From the NCBI GenBank assembly GCA_964625855.1, contig CAZVFC010000046.1:854-64853 (forward strand): 64,000 nucleotides of DNA, given 5' to 3'. The DNA is from an uncultured Verrucomicrobiota bacterium (GTDB lineage Bacteria; Verrucomicrobiota; Verrucomicrobiia; Limisphaerales; UBA8199). A program made the translations under genes and the position numbers. The notes below the pieces were generated by a model, which was not told where the DNA came from, did no database searches, and saw nothing but the letters and a program-made list of their open reading frames with translations. Below, in pieces: positions 20,001 to 29,338 of this stretch. The number at the start of each line of letters is the position of its first letter. The stretch's first letter is position 1.

Positions 20001-20566
20001 AGTATGTTGCGGGAGATCTCGGTGTCGCCGGTATAGGTGTTGGCGGCACCGAGCGACAAAACCCCGCTAGCAGTGTCAGGCCCCCTAAATCCGTTGGTTC
20101 CGGAAATCACGAGGTTGCATCGAAATCCATTCCCCCCTTGAACCGCCCTAATCTTAGGTTTGTTGACTCCATTGTCCATGGTCAGCACGCTGCTGTTCAA
20201 GGTTCTGAGAGTCCAGAGTTGGTTGCCACCGGTATCGCCGAACAGCACCGTGCCAATCGTACGCACGGAGTCCAGGGTAACCGTCCGGTTAGCGGTGATG
20301 TTCATGTTGAAAGTGGCTGTATTTCCCGCTCCGTCTGCCACGGTGCCACCTGACCACTTGTTCGTGTCGCTCCAAATGCCGTCTCCGTCGAAGCTCCAGG
20401 TGCCGCTTTGGGCACGCGCCGCGGGCGGAAACATCAGGGTCACTGCCCCCGCCAGGAGGCAGAGGGCAACAGGCACAGGCGGGATTCGCCGTTTGGAATA
20501 TTGCGCGCGGAGCTGAGAACCTGGGGAACGCTTACCGCCGATCTTGAGTTGCATTATCGTTTTCAT
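17096..20566 (-). CDS. Giant secreted autotransporter-associated beta-strand repeat (PATR) protein, 1156 aa.
   Basis: It has a signal peptide and many repeats of the form GG..L.L...NTYTG.T.I..GTL. Confidence 0.75.
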   Translation of the reverse strand: MKTIMQLKIGGKRSPGSQLRAQYSKRRIPPVPVALCLLAGAVTLMFPPAARAQSGTWSFDGDGIWSDTNKWSGGTVADGAGNTATFNMNITANRTVTLDSVRTIGTVLFGDTGGNQLWTLRTLNSSVLTMDNGVNKPKIRAVQGGNGFRCNLVISGTNGFRGPDTASGVLSLGAANTYTGDTEISRNILKLNVAGAIPSGPGYGNVVLLANVGNPGDTSKLDLSTFSPTINGLNSDFDPVANPNYYNAPYVYSTAGAGTSTLTVGAGDADGEFGGIIQNGTSRTLALTKIGNGTQTLTNANTYTGATTISGGTLKLRFGGSIAGSGSIKLGAGATLDVGEVDFPPYTLGASQTLDVSGGTGTIKGDLSLGNGGPLTLTYVLGTPTLTVTGNLILNGNTTSVTVNGSPLGNGNYKLVSVSGSGGVSGTVGTVTVGGSGIIGGGTPSLSIVGGELYLDIAGGATALEWGTGDGTWAVGTLGWNIGGATPWADGNVALFGDTLSTGNPTVTLNTEVLPQGVVAGSIRNYTMTGSGHIGGSAEVRKLGPGALTLDVANAHTGGTTLLAGTLNVENVAALGDASGMFTIGGGTLDNTSGSPLTLNSYPQAWNGDFTFAGSSDLNLGAGSVTLGATRTVTVAANTLAVDGEISGAGFGLIKAGAGTLALGGNNTFNGGVTINHGEIIVNNPGALGVNVLTMPDDTTTKILSLNGNSLTVANVTKNGFASPATAIIRNNHPSTAVELTVSIPSSSGAYTFCGAITDGGAAPLAVTKIGAGTWQIGIAGTGFFDYTGDTTINGGVLRPGKNNPLPYGAGKGNLIVESSGTFDIYDRATISVNGLFGSGAVDKTDPGGALNAVLYVGFNDASAEFSGTIKNTGVPGSGKYSGVSLVKTGTGTQILSGVNLYTNTTTVDSGTLLVNSPGSLAAESVVTVNSGGTLGGSGMINGPVTVNAGGSIVAGTGVGTLTLANGLDLSAGGTNVWELAALKDNTDGMPGTDFDQIVLAGGSLNLGGSSTLRILFTDAATAPDSSDPFWQTTRSWTIIWFGGATSTFATLENGVYPAGSFTTSADTGNIVLTFTPGVGPTPTPVTSFGIASGPGSDLTLSYSGGTGSQFVLLQTNNVTAPLVNWLRVKTNTSSPGSFVITPGSDPQQFYRIKSE

Positions 20567-20954
20567 GAGTGCCTTGGATTATTGACTGTTAGTACCGCCG
20601 TCGGAAACCGTAGTAAATGATCGGCGCAGTTTACACCGCATCGCGGGCGCAAAACCAAGCTGGTCAGTGCAACCGGCCGCCGCACGTGCCAAGGTTTCCA
20701 ACCGGCCATAAGTTTGTGATTTGATTCTACTGTGGCTCCACAACGCGGGTCATGCAAGCAAATCTGACATGTCTATCCGATAGACAGAGTCCGCCAGGAG
20801 GCGCATCGGATTCTCCTTGTGCCAGGTACGAGGAAAGCCTCCGCACGCGAAGTTCGGTCAAGATGACCGGCACGAGCATACGCGGCCTGACCAAGTGCAT
20901 GCGGTGCCATCTCCCTTCCGGCCAAGGGGCTTGCCCGAACCATCGGATGCGGTC

Positions 20955-22460
20955 TTAAGAAGTCTTCTCCGAGACGAGAGGACTCCGCACCGGCTGCCCG
21001 CCGACAGCGGAGGCTGGCTGCAGCCAGGAGATCAGCAGACTAGCCAGCCAACCCACGAAGACGGTGACGGCGCAGCCCACGACACCGTACCACAACCAAG
21101 AGGTCCTGGTGTAGAAGCAAACCGGGACGGCGACTACAACCCCGGCCAGCCAACCGGCAACGGCCCCCCACGCCGTAGCGCGCCGCACCAGCATTCCGAG
21201 CAGGAAGAGGCCGAGCAAGGGGCCGCCGACCAGCCCGATGGCCTTGTTGCTCGCCTCGATCAGCGCGCCCAGTTTGCTGACTCCAAACGCCAGCGCGATC
21301 ACCAGCACTCCGTAAGCCACCGTGAGCAGCCGGGCGAGGCTGAGCTGCTGAGCCTCCAACAGGGGCCTGTGCGACAAACGCTGCCGGAAGTCCACCAGTG
21401 TGGCTGCGGTCAAAGCATTGAGGCCCGAAGACGTTGCCGACATGGTGCCCGAGTAAATGGCGGCGATCAAGAGGCCGGGCAAGCCGGCCGGCAGCTCCGT
21501 GACCACGAAGTAAGGGAGAATCTGATCAACCCGCGTGATGCGCCCCGCCGCCAACGGGTCGCCGTGCGCCTGGTAAAAGGCATAAAGCACCAGGCCGGTG
21601 AGGTAGAACACGATCATGACCGGAATGAGCAGCCAAAACTTCAGCCACATCGCCCGCTGCGCCTCCTTGAGACTGGTGGCGGTCAGATACCTCTGAACAG
21701 AGACCTGGTCGGTCGCCAGTTGAACGAGGTTGATGACTGTGCCGCCCAGCAAGAGCCCCCACAGGGTTACTCGCACGGAGGGGTCCAAGCTCAGACTCAG
21801 ATCGAGTTTGCCCCCTGCCCGGCCAATTTCATAGACGCCTGCCAGCCCGTCCGGAATGCGTGCGATCGCAACGCAGAGGATGATAATCTGGCCGCCGAAC
21901 AGGACCACGAACTGGACGACGTCGGTCCAAATAACGGCCTTCATGCCACCCAGCGTCGTGTAAAGCGTGGTCAGCGTGCCGGTGCAGATGATGCTGAACC
22001 AGAGCGGCAGGCCAGTGACCTGCTGCAAAGCCAGGGCGGGAGCGTAGGTAACCAGCGCCAGCCACAACAGGACGCGCAGGATGAACAAGGACGAGGCGAG
22101 CAACCGCACTGGCAGCGAAAAGCGTTCCTCAAGGTAATGGTAGGCCGTGTAAAATCGCGAATGGTAGAAGTGCGGGATGAACAGTCTGGTCGTGACCGGC
22201 GTGGCGATCACGAAGCTGAGCCCGAACAGCACGAACGTGAAGCGGTGCGCATAGACCTCGCTGGGCGCACCCAGATAGGTAATGCCCGAGAACAGGGCCG
22301 CCAATACCGATACCCCCACTAGCAGGAAACCCATGCTGCGCGAGGCCAGGAAGTAATCCTTGATCGTGCGCTGCTCTTTGACGAACAGCAACCCCACGGA
22401 CACCGCGCCGACCAGGTACACAACGAAGATGCTGTAATCCAGCCAGGTAAACCGTGTCAC
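20955..22460 (-). CDS. Sodium:solute symporter (SSS) family transporter. The GTG start overlaps the stop of the upstream aldolase.
   Basis: It has 13-14 TM segments. YFLASRSMGFLLVGVSVLAALFSGITYLGAPSEVY is a typical SSF pattern. The ORF-track N-terminal extension (40 aa) overlaps the aldolase gene. Confidence 0.75.
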   Translation of the reverse strand: MTRFTWLDYSIFVVYLVGAVSVGLLFVKEQRTIKDYFLASRSMGFLLVGVSVLAALFSGITYLGAPSEVYAHRFTFVLFGLSFVIATPVTTRLFIPHFYHSRFYTAYHYLEERFSLPVRLLASSLFILRVLLWLALVTYAPALALQQVTGLPLWFSIICTGTLTTLYTTLGGMKAVIWTDVVQFVVLFGGQIIILCVAIARIPDGLAGVYEIGRAGGKLDLSLSLDPSVRVTLWGLLLGGTVINLVQLATDQVSVQRYLTATSLKEAQRAMWLKFWLLIPVMIVFYLTGLVLYAFYQAHGDPLAAGRITRVDQILPYFVVTELPAGLPGLLIAAIYSGTMSATSSGLNALTAATLVDFRQRLSHRPLLEAQQLSLARLLTVAYGVLVIALAFGVSKLGALIEASNKAIGLVGGPLLGLFLLGMLVRRATAWGAVAGWLAGVVVAVPVCFYTRTSWLWYGVVGCAVTVFVGWLASLLISWLQPASAVGGQPVRSPLVSEKTS

Positions 22461-22461
22461 G

Positions 22462-23268
22462 TCAGCTTGCGCGTGTGGCTTTGAGCGTTGTAGGCGCAGC
22501 CGTACCCTCAAAAGCTGCGAGCTTCGCCTTGAAATACTCGCCCAGGCCGAGCACGTCCGCCCCGAGCGTGAACACACCGTAACCCTCCGCTTCCAACTCC
22601 CCCCGCGGTGCGATCAGGCCGGGCGCCATCGCGAACTTACCGTGCTTTCGCGCCGCGGCTCCTACCCGCTTTCGCGCCGCAACTACTTCGGGAGCAGTAA
22701 TCTGTCCGGGCTTCCCGAGCAAGTGGCTGAAATCGCCCGGGCCAAATAGCAGCATCTCGTACCCGGGAACAGCGGCAATGGCCTCGACATTCTCCAGCGC
22801 TTCGGGGGATTCAATTTGGAAGATGAGCAGCCGCTCGGAGTTGCTGTGCGCCATGTAGTCGGCGATTGGAATCTGGCAGTAGCGCCCGTCGGGGTTGCCG
22901 CCGTCCATAGCGCGCCGACCGAGCGGATGGAAACGGGTCATCTCCACTATCTGCCGTGCCTCGTCGGCCGTTCTCACGTGCGGCACCATGATCGCCGTGG
23001 CGTCCGACTCGAACGGCTTGACGTAGTCGCTGTAGCTGCCCTTCTCCACCCGCACGATCGTATCCACGTCGTAGAGCTTGGCCGCTCGAATCTGGTTTTC
23101 CAGGTTGAACCAGTCATTCGACACGTGCTCGTTGCAGATCCAGATCGAAGAAGCTCCCGCCAATCCACAGAGCTCCAGGATGCGCGGATCGCTCAAGTTC
23201 AGCTTAAAGCAGGTGGGCGTCTTCCCCGCACGCAGTTCGCGCAAAATGCGACTTTGACGTAATACCAT
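22462..23268 (-). CDS. HpcH/HpaI-family 2-keto-3-deoxy-sugar-acid aldolase.
   Basis: It is about 268 aa with ...MVPHVRTADEARQIV...FQIESPEALENVEAIAAVPGYEMLLFGPGDFS, the HpcH/HpaI aldolase pattern. Confidence 0.75.
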   Translation of the reverse strand: MVLRQSRILRELRAGKTPTCFKLNLSDPRILELCGLAGASSIWICNEHVSNDWFNLENQIRAAKLYDVDTIVRVEKGSYSDYVKPFESDATAIMVPHVRTADEARQIVEMTRFHPLGRRAMDGGNPDGRYCQIPIADYMAHSNSERLLIFQIESPEALENVEAIAAVPGYEMLLFGPGDFSHLLGKPGQITAPEVVAARKRVGAAARKHGKFAMAPGLIAPRGELEAEGYGVFTLGADVLGLGEYFKAKLAAFEGTAAPTTLKATRAS

Positions 23269-23446
23269 GTCCCGAGGCTATCGGAACCGGGGCGCTTGAA
23301 AAGGACATTATAGCAAAGCTCACTTGTCTCATCGGTGGACATGGCGGAAGTCAGTCACGGACAGAATCCTCTGCTTGAGGTTGGGATTGGAATCCGCCAG
23401 ACTATGAACCCTCAGCGGCTTGAATTGGCTGCTTGAGAAGCAACCT

Positions 23447-24253
23447 ATGACCATCCAGCAAATGTTTGATCTGACCGGCAAGGTAGCCGTGATTATCGGC
23501 GGGGCGCGTGATTTTGGCTTCTACATGGGCGACGTGCTGGCCGAGGCCGGCTGCGATCTGGTGCTCACCTCGCGCACCCTTTCCAGTGCTCAACAGACTG
23601 CCGAAAAGGTCCGCGCCAAGCATAAGCGGGATGTGCTGCCGCTGGCACTGGACGTGACCCGGCAGCCGCAGGTCGTCGAAATGGCGCGGCAGGCCGCCGC
23701 GTGGAAAGGGCACATTGACATCCTGATCAATAACGCCGGCGGCACGCCGCCGGGTGAGGGCAAGGCGCGCTTGTTCGAGCGTGCTCCCGAGGACGCCGCC
23801 CAGTTGATTTCCATCAACCTGGTCGGTTCGCTTTACTGCTGCCAGGAAATTGGCCGTGTCATGGCGAAGCAAGGCCACGGGAAGATCATCAACGTTGCCT
23901 CCATCGCCGCCCTCGTTGGCCGGGACCGCCGGATGTACCAGCGCAACGATATGCAAGGGCAGCCCATTGATTACGCCGCCGCCAAAGCGGGGGTCGTCGG
24001 CATGACCCGCGACCTGGCGGGGTACCTTTCACCGATGGGCGTGCATGTGAACTCCATTTCCCCCGGCGGCTTTGACCGCGGCAAGCTGCCCGCCGGCTTT
24101 GTCAAGGACTACAGCGACCGCACCCCGCTCGGCCGCATGGGCCGCGATGAAACCGACCTGCGCGGCGCGATCCTCTTCCTGGCCTCACCCGCCTCGGATT
24201 ACGTCACGGGCCATAACCTGGTGGTGGACGGCGGGTTCAGCATCTGGCAATGA
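23447..24253 (+). CDS. SDR-family oxidoreductase (KduD / gluconate-5-dehydrogenase-like).
   Basis: The Rossmann motif is KVAVIIGGARDFG. It has NNAGG and the catalytic YAAAKAGVVGMTRDLA motif. Confidence 0.8.
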   Translation: MTIQQMFDLTGKVAVIIGGARDFGFYMGDVLAEAGCDLVLTSRTLSSAQQTAEKVRAKHKRDVLPLALDVTRQPQVVEMARQAAAWKGHIDILINNAGGTPPGEGKARLFERAPEDAAQLISINLVGSLYCCQEIGRVMAKQGHGKIINVASIAALVGRDRRMYQRNDMQGQPIDYAAAKAGVVGMTRDLAGYLSPMGVHVNSISPGGFDRGKLPAGFVKDYSDRTPLGRMGRDETDLRGAILFLASPASDYVTGHNLVVDGGFSIWQ

Positions 24254-25228
24254 TCAGCGCCTGAGCGGTGGCTCCAGTTCGGCGAGGACCTCGTCCACCT
24301 TCACCTCCTGCCCCTTGCGTTCACGACTGCGCAATCCGGCGATAATCACCGCCATCAGTTCGATCGTCTCAAGCAGCGGGTAAGGGCGCTCACCGGTGCG
24401 GAGCATTTCCACAAACGCGCACAGTTGGTTGCGGAAGGCGGTGTAGGTGTCCCAGCAACTAACCGCCAGGTTGCCCTTGGTCCCGAACACGTGCAGCGCG
24501 CCGTAGCTGCCAACGGCGTCATAGATCACCGCGAGATTCACCTGCACACCGCTTTTGTGCGTGATGTACGCTATATCGGAGCCTGACCGACTCTCCGTGC
24601 GCACCGTCAGGAAGCCCGCCCCAAGCACCGGCCAGATTCCTTCCAGCGCGTGGATCGCATAGCGCTCCCAGGTCTTGCTTGTGCAGGTGGCGATCCAGCG
24701 CAACTCACCCAACTGCGCCTTCTGCCGCATGACCTGCTTGATCTCCGGCGCATAGCGCATGTTGCTGCTGGAGAGAAAGACCTTCCCCGCCTGGTGCCAG
24801 CGGATAAACTGGTTCAAGTCCGGCACATTGATCGCCAGCGGCTTGTCCACGAACATCGGCAGCCCGGCCTCGATGAATGGCCGCGCACGGCGCACGTGCT
24901 CGTGGCCGTCGTCTGTGCCAACGATCACTGCGTCCACTTGGCCGATCACGTCCTCGGGCCGCGCCACGACGTTCTGTATCCGGCTGGCCGCCGCCACTTT
25001 CGGCGCATCTCCCGGATCGTCGGTCCAGACATGCGTGACGCGCGCGCCCGGAATCCGCATCGTGTTGAGCGGCACCTCAGCCAGGTATTGCGGAATCACC
25101 GGGAAAGGGCACTGGGCCATCTCCTTCGGGTTATAGCCGTTAACGATAGCCGACCACGAATACGGATGCCCGTTGCCCTCGATCATTCCCAGCATCGCCA
25201 ACCGAATTTCCGTCTTCTCAATCTTCAT
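24254..25228 (-). CDS. Gfo/Idh/MocA-family oxidoreductase.
   Basis: The N-terminal Rossmann region is IRLAMLGMIEGNGH...DAVIVGTDDGHEHVRRARPFIEAGLPMFVDKPLA, which is the GFO_IDH_MocA pattern. Confidence 0.75.
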   Translation of the reverse strand: MKIEKTEIRLAMLGMIEGNGHPYSWSAIVNGYNPKEMAQCPFPVIPQYLAEVPLNTMRIPGARVTHVWTDDPGDAPKVAAASRIQNVVARPEDVIGQVDAVIVGTDDGHEHVRRARPFIEAGLPMFVDKPLAINVPDLNQFIRWHQAGKVFLSSSNMRYAPEIKQVMRQKAQLGELRWIATCTSKTWERYAIHALEGIWPVLGAGFLTVRTESRSGSDIAYITHKSGVQVNLAVIYDAVGSYGALHVFGTKGNLAVSCWDTYTAFRNQLCAFVEMLRTGERPYPLLETIELMAVIIAGLRSRERKGQEVKVDEVLAELEPPLRR

Positions 25229-25295
25229 TACATACCTCCATCCGACTCATGCAACCCAAGCAACTCATTTAAACCAGCTAGCGCATTCACGTCAG

Positions 25296-26312
25296 CTATC
25301 CCTTGCCCCGTCCGCCAATCTCCACCGGCTTCCCCGTCCGCCAGGATTCCAGCGCGCCGAGACTGAACTTCAAGGTCTGCTCCGCCTCGTCGAGCGTGGC
25401 CAGGTCGGTTTCCGCGCCGGCCATGCCGTCGAGGAATGCGTTCGCCTGGGTGACAAACAGGTCATCCCGTTCCTTGACGGGGGCAGGGTGATACTCCCAG
25501 TCGGCAGCGCCATGCAGAAACATCCCCCACCGCTGCTCGTGCAGTTCCGCTTTGAGGCTGCCGCGCTCGCAGTGGACAAAGAACGTCGCCTCGTTCGGCG
25601 CCTGGAACTGGTTCAGCGCGTAGGTGGTGAGCACGTCGCCGTTGCGGGCCGCGGCGCACACGGTGTCCTCCACCGTTACGCCCTCCAGCGCCTGGTGGCC
25701 AGCCTCGCAGTAAACTCGCGTGCTCGGGCCCACCAGCCATTCGATGGCATTCACCAGGTGCGGCATCATGTCCTGGATGGCTCCCCCGCCCGTCTCGTGT
25801 CGCGTGTAATAAATCTGGCGATAGGCCGGGCGGAACGTCGGAAAATGCTGGCCCACTGCCGCCCCTGCCTGGAGAGCCCGTCCGAGCGTGCCTTTGAGCA
25901 GCACCTCGCGCATCGCTCTGATCCCCGGGTGGGCATGGTAAACGAACGCCACCCGCACGAACTGTTTGCGCCGGGCAATCTCCTGTCGCAGTTCCTCCAC
26001 CTCCCCCAGCGCGGTGCTCAACGGCTTCTCGATGAGCAGCGCCGCACCCTGCCGATAACATTGGAGCGCGAGGCTGATGTGCAAGTTCGCCGGGACGCAA
26101 ACGACCACGCTATCGAACCGCTCCGCCTTCAGCGCCGCAGCCACGTCCGGAAATCCGGCGACCTGGTATTGCTGGGTGATCTTCTGCAGCAGGGGCACAT
26201 TGCTTTCACAGGCAAACATTTGCGCCCGTCCTGTCCGCTGGAAGCAGCGCAGGTGACGCTCCCCGATGCTCCCGCAGCCGATGACTAGAATCTTGGGTTT
26301 CATTCCCGCCAA
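25296..26312 (-). CDS. Gfo/Idh/MocA-family oxidoreductase. It may start at the second Met, at 26303.
   Basis: It has KILVIGCGSIGERHL...DSVVVCVPANLHISLALQCYRQGAALLIEKPL. Confidence 0.8.
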   Translation of the reverse strand: MAGMKPKILVIGCGSIGERHLRCFQRTGRAQMFACESNVPLLQKITQQYQVAGFPDVAAALKAERFDSVVVCVPANLHISLALQCYRQGAALLIEKPLSTALGEVEELRQEIARRKQFVRVAFVYHAHPGIRAMREVLLKGTLGRALQAGAAVGQHFPTFRPAYRQIYYTRHETGGGAIQDMMPHLVNAIEWLVGPSTRVYCEAGHQALEGVTVEDTVCAAARNGDVLTTYALNQFQAPNEATFFVHCERGSLKAELHEQRWGMFLHGAADWEYHPAPVKERDDLFVTQANAFLDGMAGAETDLATLDEAEQTLKFSLGALESWRTGKPVEIGGRGKG

Positions 26313-26508
26313 TTACAGCCTCCCACCACGTCTTTGGCAAGCTTCGGTAGGATCGCAGCAACGCGACGCCAGCCGGTGCATTTTCCCGCGCTCCGTGCTC
26401 CGGTTCGGAGTGGGGCAACCATGGCGCCAACGCTACCTTGGGCCGCTTGAGCCAAAGTCGTGCCAAGTTCTTGCTTGTGTTGCGATGAGCTGCGGCTACA
26501 ATACGAAC

Positions 26509-28008
26509 ATGCCTCAAGGGCTACATTTGTCTCAGCGTTTGACGCAGTCGCTGGTGCTGGCACCGCAACTGCAGCAATCGCTCGCGCTTTTGCAGGCACC
26601 CACACTGGAGCTTAAGGCCCTGGTCGAACAGGAACTGCAGCAAAACCCGGTGTTGGAGGAAGCGTCCGGCGCGGAGCAGGATTTGCAGGCGAAAGACGAC
26701 CAGGAGGAATCGCCGGCGCCTGACGCGGCCGACCTGGCTGAACCGCCCGCCGATCTGGACTTTGACCCGACTACTGAGAAGAGCGCCGGTGAGCCGGTGG
26801 ACGATTTTCAGGCAGAGTTCGAGCGTTTGGTGCAACTCGACCAGGAATGGCGCGATCATTTTGCGCAGACCAATCTGCCGATTCGTGCCTCCGCGGAGGA
26901 AGAAGAGAAGCGGCAGTTCATGTTCGATTCCCTGGTGGCAGGCACGTCCCTGCAGGAAACGTTGCTCGAGCAGGTCCGTGAATCTGCGTTACCGGAGGAA
27001 CAGTGGCCAATCGCGGAGATGTTGGTCGGCAACGTAGATGATTACGGCTATCTGAAAGCCACACTGGAGGAGCTGGCGTCTTCCACCGGCTTATCGGCGG
27101 ACAAGATTCTGGAGGTGCTGAAGGTTGTCCAGAGCTTTGAACCGGCGGGCGTCGGAGCCAGAGACCTGCGCGAATGCCTCCTGCTGCAACTTGAACGCCA
27201 GGGCGAGCAGAACACTCTCGAATATCGGATTGTTAACGAGTTCATGGATGCCCTCGGCAAGCGGCGCATCCCGGAGATCGCCCGCGGCACCGACACCACG
27301 GTCGAGCAGGTGCAGGAGGCGCTGGCGCGCATCGCCCGGCTGGAGCCGCGTCCGGGGCGTGCGTTCCTGCCGGACAATGACCAATACGTCCTGCCGGAGG
27401 TGTTCGTCCGGAAGTCCGGCGACGATTACGTCGTTACGACTAACAACGAGCACATCCCGCATCTTCGGATCAGCAATACCTACAAGGATTTGATGGCGCA
27501 ACGCGAGAACTCTTCCGAGGTGCGAAATTACATCCGGGAAAAGATCCGTGCCGGGAAGTTCCTGATTAAGAGCTTGCACCAACGGCAGGAAACCATTCTG
27601 AACATCGCCAAGGAGATTGTGAATCGCCAACGGGAGTTCATGGCCAAAGGCGTTGCGGCGCTCAAGCCGCTTACTATGGTCCAGGTGGCACAGGTCGTCG
27701 GGGTGCACGAAACCACTGTCAGCCGCGCGGTTTCGGGCAAGTACATGCAGACGCCGCAGGGGATCTTCGAGATGAAGTATTTCTTCACTGCCGGCATCCA
27801 GACGGCCAACGGCGACGGCATGTCCAACACCAGTGTGAAGGACATGATCGCCGACATCTTCAAACAGGAGGATGCCAGCAAACCGCTCTCGGATCAGGAG
27901 GTTGTTCGCATGCTCAAGGATAAGGGCATCGTCATCGCGCGCCGCACGGTCGCCAAGTACCGCACGGAGTTGAACATCCTCCCCTCCAACCTGCGCAAGG
28001 TGTATTAG
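26509..28008 (+). CDS. rpoN: RNA polymerase sigma-54 factor. The start is at MPQGLHLSQRL; the ORF-track start at 26266 overlaps the divergent gene.
   Basis: The N-terminal region I is LSQRLTQSLVLAPQLQQSLALLQ. There is an acidic region. The C-terminal RpoN box is RRTVAKYRTELNI. Confidence 0.85.
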   Translation: MPQGLHLSQRLTQSLVLAPQLQQSLALLQAPTLELKALVEQELQQNPVLEEASGAEQDLQAKDDQEESPAPDAADLAEPPADLDFDPTTEKSAGEPVDDFQAEFERLVQLDQEWRDHFAQTNLPIRASAEEEEKRQFMFDSLVAGTSLQETLLEQVRESALPEEQWPIAEMLVGNVDDYGYLKATLEELASSTGLSADKILEVLKVVQSFEPAGVGARDLRECLLLQLERQGEQNTLEYRIVNEFMDALGKRRIPEIARGTDTTVEQVQEALARIARLEPRPGRAFLPDNDQYVLPEVFVRKSGDDYVVTTNNEHIPHLRISNTYKDLMAQRENSSEVRNYIREKIRAGKFLIKSLHQRQETILNIAKEIVNRQREFMAKGVAALKPLTMVQVAQVVGVHETTVSRAVSGKYMQTPQGIFEMKYFFTAGIQTANGDGMSNTSVKDMIADIFKQEDASKPLSDQEVVRMLKDKGIVIARRTVAKYRTELNILPSNLRKVY

Positions 28009-28079
28009 ACCGGGACCGGCAGCCCGAGCCTGGGCTTTCTGCTAGACGGTCTGGCGCCACGTGTTACAGTGGCCTAGGT

Positions 28080-29303
28080 ATGTCAACCGAAGCCCCTGCG
28101 GCACCTCAGAAGATCAACCTCCGTCGCCCCGACGTCATGTCGGCGGTCCAGGCGCAGGTCCTTTCGCATTACCGCAGTAACCTCGTCGAGCGCATTCGCG
28201 CCAGCGGGCACGTGCTCTCGGCCGGGAGCCTGACAATCAAGCTAGCCAAGGAATTTGGCTTCTGCTACGGCGTGGAGAGAGCCATTGACTTGGCTTACGC
28301 CGCCCGCAAAGTGTTCCCCGACCAGCCTATTTATATCCTTGGCGAGATCATTCACAACCCCGAGGTAAACGACCAGATCCGCGCGATGGGCATTAAGTTC
28401 CTTTCCGGCAAGGAAAAGAACGCGGACATTGGAGATTTGAGGAAGGACGACATTGTCATAATCCCTGCGTTCGGCATGGAGGTATCCACCCGCGCAATGC
28501 TCGAGGAGAAAGGCTGCCGGTTCGTTGATACCACGTGCGGTGACGTGATGAGCGTTTGGAAACGGGTGCGGCAGTATTCGAAGGACAAGGTTACCAGCAT
28601 CATTCACGGCAAGGCCTGGCACGAGGAAACCAAGGCCACTAGTTCCCAGGCGATGGCGAATGGCGGCGGTCATTACCTGGTGGTGTTCACGCTCGATGAA
28701 ACCGATTATGTCTGCCGATACATCCGTGAAGGAGGGGACAAGGCGGAATTTCTGGAGAAGTTCAAAGGGGCCTACTCGGAAGGTTTCGATCCCGACGTTC
28801 ACTTGCGGGCCATCGGTGTCGCCAACCAAACCACCATGCTCCGGGGCGAAACCGAAGAGGTGCAGCGTCGCCTCCGCCGCGCGATGATGCACAAGTATGG
28901 CGAGAGCCAAATTGACCAACACTTCCGTTTCTTCGACACCATCTGTGGCGCCACCCAGGACCGGCAGGACGCCCTGGAGAAACTTTTGCAGCAGCCTCTG
29001 GATTTGCTCCTGGTGATCGGCGGTTATAATTCATCCAATACCTCCCATCTGGCCGAGATGGGCGAGGCGAAGCTGCCGACTTACTTCATCAAGAACGCGG
29101 CAAAGATGCGCTCGAGCGATTTGATCCTCCATTACGACCAGCACAAGCACATCGAGATCGAAACCCGCAATTGGCTGCCTTTGGGAACGATCACCGTCGG
29201 CATTACGGCGGGCGCCTCCTGCCCGAACAACCTGATCGAGGACGCCATTCGCCGTCTCTTCGAATTGCGCGGCATTTCCGTGCAACAACTTCTGAACACT
29301 TAG
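28080..29303 (+). CDS. ispH: 4-hydroxy-3-methylbut-2-enyl diphosphate reductase, long form of about 400 aa.
   Basis: It has FGFCYGVERAI, TTCGDV and DTICGATQDRQ, the IspH/LytB Cys motifs. Confidence 0.8.
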   Translation: MSTEAPAAPQKINLRRPDVMSAVQAQVLSHYRSNLVERIRASGHVLSAGSLTIKLAKEFGFCYGVERAIDLAYAARKVFPDQPIYILGEIIHNPEVNDQIRAMGIKFLSGKEKNADIGDLRKDDIVIIPAFGMEVSTRAMLEEKGCRFVDTTCGDVMSVWKRVRQYSKDKVTSIIHGKAWHEETKATSSQAMANGGGHYLVVFTLDETDYVCRYIREGGDKAEFLEKFKGAYSEGFDPDVHLRAIGVANQTTMLRGETEEVQRRLRRAMMHKYGESQIDQHFRFFDTICGATQDRQDALEKLLQQPLDLLLVIGGYNSSNTSHLAEMGEAKLPTYFIKNAAKMRSSDLILHYDQHKHIEIETRNWLPLGTITVGITAGASCPNNLIEDAIRRLFELRGISVQQLLNT

Positions 29304-29338
29304 CGCGCCGTGGTCTGCCTCCAGTCCCCGAGGCAGCG

